Assembly: GCF_001447785.1 (NCBI RefSeq) | Contig: NW_015160215.1 | Span: forward strand, 1,045,616-1,109,615 | Direction: 5' to 3' | Origin: Gekko japonicus | Taxonomy: Eukaryota | DNA length: 64,000 bases | Shown: piece after piece, positions 24,457 through 36,055 of the stretch | How the letters are laid out: every line of letters begins with the position of its first letter | Position numbering within the stretch: position 1 is the first letter of the stretch | Translations under genes and position numbers: made by a program | The notes under the pieces: model-generated | The model's database searches: none | Seen by the model: only the letters and a program-made list of their open reading frames with translations | Told to the model about the DNA's origin: nothing

Positions 24457-25843
24457 TTTTCATAAAGTGTCTGTACAGGAGCAAGCAGCCAGGTCTAGTT
24501 GAGTCATGCACGTCAGGTGGTATCAAGTCACCCAGAGGTTGCTGCCAGGCCTAGAGTTTCCATCCTCCAGGTGGGATCTGGAGATTTCCTAGAATTACAA
24601 CTGAACTTCAGACAACAGAGACCAGCTCCCCTGGAGACAATGGCTGCTTTGGAAGGTGGACTCTGTGGCATTATATCCAGTTGAGGCCTCTCTGCTCCCC
24701 AAAACCTGCCCTCCTCAGAATCCATCACAAAATTGCCAGGAATTTCCAACATCTTGCTAGCAGCCCTAGTCAGGCCTGGCCCCAATGAATTGTCCCTCAA
24801 TAGTCAAAACAGCCCTGAAAAGGACCCTGCCCCCTCCCCTTGCCTTTTTACTCACATAAACCCATCCTGGAGTACTGTGGTTGTTTAACAACAGCCAGTG
24901 AGATAATCCGTGGTTTAAAGCTACAGGAACTCCTTTTATCATTTTTGCATTTTTAAGGGGCCCCCTCCATGATTTTTTTTAGATTTCACATGTTTCTGCA
25001 AACCTGAGTCCCTTTTCAGATTTGCAGAAAGATCTGTCTTGCCCATCCACAGCTCCAGTCACTGAATTCAAGTATCCAAAGATTTGGCCGATATATAGAT
25101 ATAGATATATGGAACAATGTAGGGCCCTAATGTATCATCTCTTCTTTAGCAACAGGTATCCTAGGGATGTTTCTAAAATTGGAAGGCATTGGACCAATCC
25201 TAGACAGATGCAACTGAAAGCAATAGAAGGTGGCATTGACATTTGAAATGCATACCTTCAGGTTTGATTGGTTTTGATTGACCATTTTCTTGCCTCATTT
25301 GGTCTGTCTGGTTGGTTTAGGCTTAAATATATACAAAGATCACCTTCTGTTAAATGGAATGCATAAAAACAAAAAACAGAACACTTTAGCACTGTTCATG
25401 TTACAGTTAATGCATAGACAACCTACATGAATATACATACATCTATTTGTAAGAAAGAGCCAATGAGTGTTCACTTTACAAGTAACATCAGGAACCAGTG
25501 TCTGGATAAATGCAGGGTTTTAATCTCATGTTTAGCTGTACATGCATTGAAAGTAATGCATAAATTACTTAGCACATGTATACAGAACAATCAGGTATAC
25601 AATATGCACAGATTGTACATATGTTCACTTTAAATTGTGAACAGGGCTACAAAGTTTAATGTTTGCTTACCTTAACATTGTGAATGGATACAAAGTTTTT
25701 AACATTTTTTTTCAAACAGGGCTGCTAGAAAGCACATCATTTAGATATTTAGATAGTCCTATATTTCTGCATACTATTTGATGGTTAATATTTGCCACAT
25801 TTGTACCGCAGATACAGGCCCAGCTTTAGTCATATCAGTGCAT

Positions 25844-26270
25844 GAATACAAAAGTATCTGCAGTATCTTCTTCATGTACAAGGACCGAAGGGTCAGGGAT
25901 CTTACTATGGATGGTCAATGAGAAGCAGGATAAACTATGGCAGCATGATAGCCAATACAATATTTGTATTGTGTAGCCAATACAAACTATCAGTACCCGA
26001 ATACAAAAGTATCTGCACCATCTTCTTCATGTACAAGGACTGAAAGGCCAGGGATCTTGCTATGGATGGTCAATGAGAAGCAGGATAAACTACGGCAGCA
26101 TGATAGCCAATAAAATATTTGTATTGTATAGCCAATACAAACTATCAGTACCTGAATACAAAAGTATCTGCACCATCTTCTTCATGTACAAGGACTGAAG
26201 GGGCACAGTTCTTACTATGGATGGTCAGTGAGAAGCCAGTGAGATAGACTATGGCAGCATGATATCCAAA
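25844..26270. repeat. 155-bp tandem repeat, about 2.8 copies
   Basis: GAATACAAAAGTATCTGCA starts at 25844, 25999 and 26154. Confidence 0.95.
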
Positions 26271-26344
26271 GCAATTTTTTTTTGTAGTAATGTGCAAAAT
26301 GTATCCACTCCACTCAGTGAAAGTTATGTGCGGCTTTCATGGAT

Positions 26345-27395
26345 CTGAAACCGGCATTCGATTAAATTCCTAGGACGTTTATGATAAAACTTCAGGAAAA
26401 CCACAACTGATCAAAGATTGCTGTGATTGATACAGATACTTTATGCTAATCTAACAACCCAGGTTAGATGTGGACCAGAGGGACAAACAACAGGAAAATT
26501 TACTATGAAGTCTGGAGTCAAACAGGGATGTCTGATGACTCCACCACTTTTTAATCTGTTTTAAATGGTCTTAGCACCTGCTCTTAAATGAGACAAATTT
26601 CACTTGCCAAAATTTGGGCCCTAGAAGTACCCATTTTATTACATGCTGATGATGTGTTATCATGATCTCCTATTGGACTATGAAGATTAATATGGTCCTT
26701 CTCTAGCTACTATCGGGAACAAGGTCTGACAATTAATTCTGTTAAGTCGAAGGTGTTGGTTTTTACAAAAGTGAGCAGAGATCCAAGATATAAATGTATT
26801 TTAGGCATAAATGAATTAGAGCAGATTAGGTCTTTTAAATATCTCAGCATAATCTTAATGCACATTTAACTTGGAAACCTCAAAGTAAGGCTGTGATGGC
26901 ATCAGCCGTCTGCTCTAGAGCAGTGATAGTGTGCTTTTTCTACAGGAAAGGTAGACAGTACCTTCCAGCTGTGATTGCAACTTTCAGCACAAAGTATTCT
27001 CTCATCTACTATATGGAGCTGCAATCTGGGTCCACATGATAAATGAGTCCATTGATTGGTCACTAATACAATTCTTGTGTTGGATCTGTGGGATCCTGAA
27101 ATATGTGGCTGGTTCTGCACTTAGACTGGCACTTGACCAGCATTCCATTGAATCTAGGGCTTGGATACTGGCATTAAATCTGAAACTGAAAATAATGTTC
27201 TCTGAGAATGATAACTTATTATATTATATGAAAGAAGATAATTTCTCCAGTCCATGGAATCAGGCTATAACAGAAATACCAAATATATGATGCCTATAGA
27301 AAGCAGTTTTTGGGTTAGGGTGGCCCCTAGCTCATAAGACTATCAAGAAGTTGATTATGAAGACTGATATCAATAGGACCATCTGCCAGGCTAGG
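26345..27395 (+). mobile_element. Degraded LINE RT fragment (RTE-X/Daphne-like)
   Basis: KSGVKQGCLMTPPLFNLF and LLHADDV-like motifs, frameshifted. Confidence 0.75.
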
Positions 27396-27464
27396 TGTGT
27401 TTGTGGCATTATATCCAGTTGAGGCCTCTCTGCTCCCCAAAACCTGCCCTCCTCAGAATCCATC

Positions 27465-27465
<1 letters not shown>

Positions 27466-27531
<66 letters not shown>

Positions 27532-27533
27532 AG
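27466..27533. repeat. (GAAA)n microsatellite
   Basis: Direct inspection. Confidence 0.98.
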
Positions 27534-27846
27534 CCAAAAGAAATAGAACTACTGCAAGTATGCAATTAGTGGTTGTAATAATACTAGTCTTCCAAGCGAG
27601 TACAAAATTAGCAAGGTATATTGTTCCGAAATAACTGTAAGAATGTTTCTTGTTAGGAGTTTTGATGTGTGAGGAAGTCATCACGAAACGGAACACCAAC
27701 TCCGGGGAATTTCGTCCATCTATATATTATCTGGAATACAAAATGTTGCTATTACTGTATATTTTGTAATTTTGTACTCGTTTGGAAGACTAGTATTATT
27801 ACAACCACTAATTGCATACTTGCAGTAGTTCTATTTCTTTTAGCTT
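27534..27846. mobile_element. Penelope-like terminal fragment with inverted duplication
   Basis: About 27534-27612 is the reverse complement of about 27766-27845; core TGAGGAAG..CACGAAACG. Confidence 0.6.
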
Positions 27847-27852
27847 ATTTGT

Positions 27853-28083
27853 ACTGCAACCCCCTACCTGCTTGTAGGGCATGAGCCACAGCCTGATGGC
27901 TCCCATTCGGGGCAAGGTGGCTTGCCCTATTTCACATGGGGTATTGGGACTCCTTGCCTTGACTATACCGCAAACATGTTTTGACCTTGCCATTTTTTTC
28001 AGTTAATGTTGATTGTTAATAAAGTGGCCCTTGAGTTAACCCAACATTGGTGTCTGCCTCTTCATTCTGGCTTGGGGGGCAAA
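27853..28083 (+). mobile_element. Ngaro/DIRS terminal repeat fragment
   Basis: AATAAAGTGGCCC..GTGTCTGCCTCTTCATTC..GGGGGCAA, the reverse of the ends at 29762 and 37176. Confidence 0.75.
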
Positions 28084-28456
28084 TGCCACCATCCTTGTTT
28101 CTATTTGAAATGAACATTTATTTTAAATAGTAGATATTACTACTCAGAATAGCAACCATCTGACAAGATGTTTTTAGTATAACAGCTGAAGTGAAATTTG
28201 GGCTGCAAAGTTATTAGTTTTAATAGGACTTGTGGTTCTTATGTAATCAAATAGGATTATCTTAGTATTTTTGTCTATTAGGACAGGTCATGGTAATATC
28301 ATTATTTTGCCAAGAAATCTAAATGATGCCTGTATATTAAAATAGCCAGAAGGTATGCACTATCCTGCTATCCTGTCCTGCAGCTGGGAATCTCTAATGT
28401 ATATTAATTGACTGTGATATATCAAGAATAACCAACATCAGTATCCATCACCTTAC

Positions 28457-28645
28457 TTCCTCCTCTCAGGCTGCTCAGACTGTCTCTGTGTTACCAGCTG
28501 CTTCATTTCTCATTCTCTTTGAACAGTCTGCACTCCTTCTTGGCATTCTAGGTTTTAGTCAGCAGTTGCAACTTGCATCATTACTTCTTTGCAGACTATG
28601 TGACCTCTGTTTTGATGTCCCCACTCTCTCTCCAGGAATACTATG
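28457..28645 (-). pseudogene. Possible GREB1-like exon 2 (low complexity, E/Q-rich)
   Basis: GTAAG donor at 28456; IVFLEREWGHQ..ECQEGVQTVQRE*EMKQ. Confidence 0.3.
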
Positions 28646-28661
28646 CTATGGTTTAGAGGTA

Positions 28662-28664
<3 letters not shown>

Positions 28665-28700
<36 letters not shown>
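28665..28700. repeat. (GT)n microsatellite
   Basis: Direct inspection. Confidence 0.98.
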
Positions 28701-28701
<1 letters not shown>

Positions 28702-29229
28702 GAGGGGGGATATCTGTACTGGAATAAAATCTACATCAAATCATCAGGGTTTTTTGGACTGTGAGAAACACTAAGAGCTTATTCAAGTTGTCTTGGAATG
28801 AAAACATGTAAATGCTGACAGCCCTGAAATGTCAGATGTGATAACTTAGTACACTTTTCAACAAGAAGGACTATAAATCCTCTGTATTTTAGTGTTTTTC
28901 TTTTTCAGAATAGTATATTAGAATACTGAATGTAATGCCAGGAATATTGGGATGTTTTGCTGACGTGACCCTGCATCGACCTCAAAACGTGCTGTTAAGT
29001 CATCTTCACACCTGGGAGGACAGAATGGAGATTCTTGGTTTGCTTCCCACATCTTCCCACAATTAGAAAAGTCACCTTTGGACATTTATCTGCTATTTGG
29101 ACATATTTATTGCTTTATAGCTGTTGACCTTATAACCTCAGCTTTTTATTTTGGACTTTGCATATCTTAAACATCATCATGTTACATGTTAATTACCCTG
29201 TCTATAAATTTGAGCCTCACATACCATTC

Positions 29230-29362
29230 CAATGTATTTGGAAAAGTGTGCCTTAAACACAAAAGCTCATACCTTGAATAAACTTTTGTTGGTCTTAAAG
29301 GTGCCACTGGACTCTAAATTTGTACTGCTGCTTCAGACCAACATGGCTGCCCACCTGGATCT
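29230..29362 (+). mobile_element. Penelope-like 3' fragment
   Basis: AAAGCTCATACC..AATAAA..GGTCTTAAAGGTGCCACTGGACTC..CAGACCAACA motif typical of sauropsid Penelope ends. Confidence 0.65.
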
Positions 29363-29385
29363 TAGTACACTTTTGTCTACAATTC

Positions 29386-29631
29386 CTATGGAACTGGGGA
29401 GGAGGCATATTTCATGAATGCACAGCAAATATGGGATTCATTAATTTTTCTGTCTGGGCATTGACATCTTTGGGAGCAGATTAAGAGGTGGTCTTCAGAG
29501 GTCTCCTTTTCTTGGATCATGATGGGATCTGACAATCTGAATTCTTGAAATATTTTTAATGAACTATTATTGGCTGTATGGATGTAGTTGGTGATATTAA
29601 CTGAATCAGCTGCAGTTGAAGAACACATCAT
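29386..29631 (-). pseudogene. Putative first coding exon of the GREB1-like gene
   Basis: MMCSSTAADSVNITNYIHTANNSSLKIFQEFRLSDPIMIQ resembles the recalled GREB1 N-terminus; no clear donor before the Penelope insertion. Confidence 0.45.
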
Positions 29632-29761
29632 GATATCTAAGGATTTTTAAAACATGTTTATGATCTGCATCTGTCCCCCGTGTCATGGTATCTACAGTAT
29701 TTTAGATGACTTAGTGTGTTTTTATGCTGTTATGCCCCAGCTGTTTCAAGCACATTGGCTG

Positions 29762-31570
29762 TTTGCCCCCCTAGCCATAATGAAGAGACAGATGGTGATG
29801 TTGGGTTAACTAAATGGACCACTATATTAACTATTAACAACCAATGAAACCATGGTAAGGGCTAAATGCAATACGGAATGATCAAGGCCATGGGTCTGAA
29901 GACCCATCCCTTGCCATCTGAAACAGGGTGAACCCCCAGCCCCAGACAGGAGACAACAGGCTGTGGCTTCCACCCAGCCAGTGTGGCCACCAAATAACCT
30001 CCCAGGAACACCAACCCTCGAGCCACAGGGCTCAATGGGAGGATCTATCCTGGGAGGTCCCATAGGCAGTCTGCTTTCCCCACCCTGGGCCCAAGGACTG
30101 TATTCACAAGACCCCTTGGACCCCAAAGAAGAGGTGTCAGCTGGTGCTCACCAGACCGCAATCTGTATCCACATACAACCCTGCCAACCTATAAAGTGAC
30201 TAACCTAACACGGCTGCACCATGAAAAGTTCCCTGCATCACTGCCACAGTACAAGGTAGGCAAAAACACCCCCTCCAAAGAGCCAATTCAGGAAAGGGCA
30301 AAAAAAATCCTAACCAGCCCCAAATGGGTGACCGGCAAGAAGACTGTGCTATAAACAGGGAGGGGAGGGTGGGCCAAGCAGAGGGTGAAGACTGAAGCAG
30401 GGAGGGCGGGAGCTGGGTATAAAAGGCCTTTGGCCTCATCCCCCAACAAACACCTGTATGTGGCTTGTTTGATGCTGTTTTAAATGGCCTCTCTTCCTTG
30501 CAGGGAGGCAAAGGCAGCCCCCAGGTCACACAGCTGCAAGGGCCAGCGGCCAGAGGAGCTGGATTGCCCCCCTAGCAAGAATGAAGAGACAGACATTGAT
30601 GTTTGGTTAACTAAATGGGCCAATTTATTAACTATTAACAACCAATGAAACCACGGCAAGGGCTAAATGCAGCGTGGAATGGACAAGGCATGGGTCCAAA
30701 GACCTATCCCTCACCATCTGAAATGGAGTGAGCCCCCAGTCCTGGGTGGGAGCCAACAGGCTATGGCTTTTGCCTAGCCAGTGCAGCTATCAGATAACCT
30801 CCCAGGAACACTGACCCCTGACCCCTGACCCTCAAGGCTCAAAGCGAGGATCTATCCCGGGAGGTCCCGTAGGCAGTCTGCTTTCCCAACCCATGCAGCA
30901 AGGCCCCCGGACCGTACTCACAAGACCCCTAACACCGAAAAGGGTGTCAGCTGGTGCTCATCATACCACAACCAGTATCTGAATAAAACCCTGCCACCGC
31001 AAAAGCCAAGCCTCTGCTTAGGCCCTTGAGCCCATTCTGAGCCTCAACCCCCCCCCCCCCCCCACAGCCCTTGCCATAAATCTTCCAAGAAACTATCCAT
31101 CCCAACTTCAGACAAATGAACACCATCACTCTGGTATAGGCCGGAACAGCCAGCACTAATACCCAGATGCGGTAAGAAGGGGCCCAAATCACCTTCAAGA
31201 AACCACTGCAACTTGCAGTTGGCCTTGCAGTGAGCCCTATCAATGGTCAAAGGGTTCTCAGCCCCACGCCAAACCAAGCGTGGCACCATGGCAGACCATA
31301 TGATCAAGGTCCCTGGCCAGCACTGAGCAATAATGTGGAAATCAGCCTGCACCTGCAAAATCAAGGCCTTCCCCTTGATGAGGCCCAAATCATTGCTCTC
31401 ACCCCCAGACGGGCCAGGGGGTGTAACAGCGATGGCCCTCTCCACTGCTCTGAGCCTTTCCAGAATGGCCTGTTGTGCCATGTCGCCCTCGTCCTCGTCA
31501 AAGAAGAGAGGGCAGGGGCTGATCTCTTGGGGGGAGTCTTGGGCACTGGCTGCTTCCCCTTGGCTCTCCC
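29762..31570 (-). mobile_element. Non-autonomous Ngaro (tyrosine-recombinase retrotransposon) derivative
   Basis: Split direct repeats at about 29762-30150 and 30563-30960; gag-like fragment joined to the SGNH hydrolase C-half (NDLG..DGVHLS). Confidence 0.8.
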
Positions 31571-31571
31571 A

Positions 31572-32120
31572 GCAGAGCTGGAAAAAGAACAGAGGAAAGC
31601 AACCAAGATGATTGATTCCTATGAGGAAAGGATGAAGAGTTTGGGACTTTTCAGTTTAGAAAAGAGACAACTAAGTGGGGACAGGAAAGAAGTTTATAAA
31701 ATTATGCATGGGTTGGAGAGAGCTGACAAAGAGACCCTTTTCTCTCTCTCCCAAAATGCAATAACTCGAGGACATTCAATGAAGCTGAGGGGCAATAGGT
31801 TAAGGGCAGACAAAAGGAAACACTACTTTACACAGAAATTGATTAAAATGTGGAATTAGCTGCCAGAGGATGTAGTGATGGCCACAGGAATAAACAGTTT
31901 AAAAGGGGGATTTGATAGATTCATGGAGATTAAGTCTATCAATGGCTACTAGCCATGATGGCTAAGGGGAACCTCCACATTCAGAGGCACTAATCCTCTG
32001 AATCCCGGAGATGGGAAACAACATCAGGGGAAGGCCTCACGAGGAACTGGTTGGCTACTGTGTGATACAGGATGCTGGAATGGATAGACTTTTGGTCTGA
32101 TGTTATGTTTTTATGTTCTA
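31572..32120 (+). mobile_element. CR1 3' fragment
   Basis: SYEERMKSLGLFSLEKRQL.GD..VYKIMHG..TRGHSMKL. Confidence 0.92.
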
Positions 32121-32557
32121 ATATACTTCATTTATTTATTTATTCAATATCTAAACTGCCCTTTCCTGAAGGGCAGTGTACATCAAGTTAAAACATACAA
32201 CAAATTAATTATACAACAGTCAATTAAGCTGTTACAAATAAAAACATTACAATAGTCATTGGTGGCATTCAGTGCATCTTTCTCCCTCTGTAGGAGGTGA
32301 AAACATGGGGAGGGGCATTGCTGTCCTCAGCCATAGGCCTGGCAGAACATCTCTATCTTGCATGCCCTGTGGAACTGTAGTGAGTCCCACAGGGCACAGG
32401 TGTCACTAGGTAAAGAGTTTCACCAGGCAGAAGCCAGGGCTGAGAAGGCCCTGCCTCAGGCTGAGGCTAGCCAGACATCTTTAGGACCAGGGACCACCAG
32501 CAAGTTCTGATCTTCTGACTACAAAGCTCTTCAGAGGACATACCTCTGGATTCAGTC

Positions 32558-32870
32558 TAGGGTTGCCAAGTGCTTTTTGAGCTGCAGCGGGGGACTCCCG
32601 GCAGGCGGCTGGAGTGCACGCACGTCACCCGGAAGTGACGTGACGATGCCGGGCACGCTGAGGCGGGGCCACGGCCATCCGTGGGAAAACCATAAAGTTT
32701 TCCCTCAGATGACCGTGGCCCCGCCCCCAGCATGCCCGGCGTGGTCGCATCCCTTCCGGGTGACGTGCACATCGGGGTGGGGTTCCCCCCGGGGCCCGAT
32801 CTGCCAGCAGTGGTGAACGGGGCTCTGGGGTGGGGGTTTCCCTGCCCCCCGGGGGGACTTGACAAGCCTA
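32558..32870. mobile_element. CpG-rich hAT MITE
   Basis: TAGGGTTGCCAAG / CTTGACAAGCCTA; TSD ATTCAGTC/ATTCAATC. Confidence 0.8.
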
Positions 32871-35286
32871 ATTCAATCTCAGCTGCCTCTATCTCATGGC
32901 CTCCAGTTCCTCAGTCATAGTAGATGGGGCGGAGTCCATCCATTCATCCACCCATCAACAGACACAGCTGTTATCCCTCCGCACATTGATTAAATGCATG
33001 GAAAGGGAGAGTAGGCATCAGTGCAGTGTCCCCACCTTATGTGTTCGCATCACTGCTGGAGCATGACACCTATGTGTGGAGGAAGTATCTACAACTATGC
33101 TCCCTCCCATGATAGGAAAGATTCAGAATGCAGCATCTCCTATCATGGGGAGAGAGCACGGACACTTCCTCCACATGTTTACATCATGCAGATGACCCAA
33201 CAATCACCTGGTGGTAAGGAGGCTCATGTTCCTCCTATGGATTCAGTCAGCACATAGAGACAGCAGTGTTCCCTCTAAGCTGAGTTAGTGTGAGCTAGCT
33301 CACAGTTTTTTAGCCTCCAGATCACACATTTTTGTCTTAGCTCAGGAAGGATGGCTCAAGAGCACACTAATTTATGCAGCAGCCAAATTGCTTGCTCACA
33401 ATTTTAATGTGAGTAAGCTCACAAAGAAGATTTTTTGCTCACAGGACTCCACAGCTTAGAGGGGTCATGAGTAGAGGTCAGGAGTAGAGAATTAATCTGG
33501 CAAATAACTGGTCTTGTTTATAACAGTTATAAAACAGACCACAAGCTGAATCAATGGTTGATCAAGTATCCCCATTAGGAATATCAACATTGTTAAAGGA
33601 ATTCGACATCATCTAGAAATCGGTTGTGCGAAGATAGTGGAAGACACCTTGAGAACAACAACAACAAAATCCCTGAATACTGAATTTACTTGCAAATCAT
33701 AATTATCATTATTTCAACAGTGAGAATACATAGGATAAGAAGAAAGGATATTCATCATGGAGACTTTAAGGATACCAGGTGCTTGTTTATTAAAGTTAGT
33801 TTCTTACATTTATGATAGCTAACTCAATAAATAGGGGGTGATGTTCAAGAATATGGTACACCTGCAAATCCCAGCATCATCTCATGGGGAGCTGTGCACA
33901 TCATTTGAGATAATTAAGCCTTCCAAAACTTAGATTTTCTGTTACAGCATGCAGTTGTTTTGAATTCCTTCATATTTGCAGGTGATTCCAGCTACTAGTT
34001 AGTTATATGTCCCAACAAAAAAAGTTAAGCATCAAAACAAATGTTTACAAATCTTTATTTCATTCTCAATCCCTTCAATTGTAGGATGAAGGAATTGTGG
34101 ATAAAATGAAAACATATCAATAAAACAATAAATATTAAAATTATTTTAAAAACATATGCAATAAATCTAGCAACAGTTTCCAGCCACCCCACATCATCAT
34201 TTGAAAACAACAGTTTCAGAATAATATAATTCATAGAGAACTGGACATGAGAGTTGATAAGAGATCCCAATACAAGAGATCCCTAGCTTCAATAATCAAA
34301 GCACATGGAAGATAGTTTCCATTGGTCCAGGTGCACAAGAACAATTTCTTTCAATCCATTTAAGCCTTCCTGTGTATTTGGCTGTTAGGAGGGAATTAAA
34401 TTTTGCCAAAAGAATCAAATGTCTGTTTTTGGATTTTTTTTTTTTAGTAACCAATTAATTAGCAACTGTAAAGGAAGTTGTAGGGATAGCCATAACACAA
34501 AGGAGAGCACTTCCTGTATGAATCACTAAGTAACCAATCAAATCATGTGATAAAATTGCTCCTGCTATTGTTTTCAATAGGTGATCAGAGTAATAATTCA
34601 ATAGATTATCATCTAACGAAAATCCCGGTTCACACAATTTGTCACTTGATAATAAAAATTAGCACTTGATGATAAAAATAAGTCTTGCCTCATTAGATAT
34701 ATTAGTTGACTCAGGGGGGTTCTAATAGGAATATTTCAACCACAACTTAATGGCATATTTCCTTGTGATTGATTGTAAGGAGTACAGTCCAATTTCTAAT
34801 CAAATTACTGAGTTGGTGACACAATTGGGAATTCCCAAGATGGTTTGGAAGAAGCTAGTTTGCAGCCTCTCAAGATCTTTAGTAATCACATGTTGCCATA
34901 ATGGTAATCCATATATGGCTGCAGGTAAGATCTTGAAATTGTATAATTTGAGCAATGCTGGAAAAGACTGTCCACCTTTTGTAAAACAATATTTCTTCAA
35001 GGTTATGGACAAAAGCTGAAAGCTATTTATGATACGTTTTAGATTACTTTCCCTTGATTCACCACAAATGTAATGATCATTTTGTAACTGTTTTCATTCA
35101 TGCTTTACTAAGTACTGTTTTGTTTTTTATTTCAATATTCAATAAATAGTTTAAAATTTTAAAAAGCTACTTATGATATGTTTTAGATGACTTTGACATG
35201 TCATTAGAGTGTCAAAATGGATGCCCAGATATTTGTAAGAATTAACTTGTTCAAACTCCATTCCTTGCAACTCCCAAGGACACCCT

Positions 35287-36055
35287 GGCTGTGCTCAGAC
35301 AGGCAGTTTGACCCACTGTTGCCCTGCCTCTAATTAAGCCAAGTTATTTTATAACAGAGAATCCTGATCAGACTCACCCCTTTTAGCACTCTTCAATGTG
35401 CTTTTACCCAGACTTCAGTGATCAGATGGCAGCAGGCAGGGAGTCAGCCCGTCGGCCATTATTAAAAAGTGTATCCTTTGAGTGTGCCCACAAACACTGA
35501 TGATCATGCTGGGATATGTAGTTCATGGGGCTGTTGGCCTTTTTCTAAAAGTGTGTCCTCTGAGCATGCACGCAAGCGTTGATCAGCTTGCTGGGACATG
35601 TAGTTCTCCGTCTCTAAACTTTTCAATTTACCCCTTCCCCAAGCCACAGAAAAAAGCTGCAGTACAGGGGTGTCTTTCTTTGAAAGTTCTTATGAAGAAA
35701 ACAAAGTTTAGAGCAGCACCTGTAAGAGAGGGGGAGAGAGAGAGCAGTGCAAATATGCAGTTATGCACAATTCACTAAGGAGTAAAAAAAATGGCAGACC
35801 GGAAAACAAGAGACCAGTCATACCTGACTGAAGGCTTGGGTGTGCAACAGAGTGATCAGACAATAGGAAATCCATTTTGGAACCAGCTCAGACCAACAGG
35901 ACCAGACTTTCTCAGGTATCAAAGAAAATTTCAGTAAAGCGGTGGGAACATGACTCAGACAACTGGGGCACAAAAGACAGATGTTGCTGTCTGATCATGC
36001 ACTTTAAATCTATACAGCAATGACAACAGATTAAACTGCATGTCTGATCACTGCC
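35287..36055. mobile_element. Harbinger-type MITE
   Basis: GGCTGTGCTCAGACAGGCAGTTT / AAACTGCATGTCTGATCACTGCC; TSD CCT. Confidence 0.75.

Larger units (their letters stand above)
25671..28329 (-). pseudogene. GREB1-like N-terminal exon, interrupted by TEs at about 26345-28085 and by a triplication
   Basis: CAG acceptor 28332-28330; SFRFLGKIMIL..TTSPIK; KNCFGYHAAIVYLTGFS; AG|GTAAGC donor at 25670. Confidence 0.45.
336..29631 (-). pseudogene. Multi-exon decayed gene, divergent GREB1/GREB1L-family paralog (about 10 exons, many stops, frameshifts and TE insertions; may continue past the window start)
   Basis: Minus-strand AG/GT-bounded segments translate to protein-like text with in-frame stops. 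Motifs are collinear with recalled GREB1/GREB1L: IHTANNSSLK..DPIMIQ ~ LHNSIEASLR..RPIFSQ; NCFG..YLTGFS ~ NCVG..YFTEFS; STEDM ~ SVENM; LTREWFKS ~ FLRSWRES; PHSTIYLHLR..RMEQ ~ PRSLKYCDLR..ALEQ; SLHPRR ~ SLHPRR; TTTWKHGL ~ TTGRHEHGL; FIKWL..KDLSSWFFFHDVS ~ LIKEL..QDIWPFIVISDDS. Confidence 0.6.
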
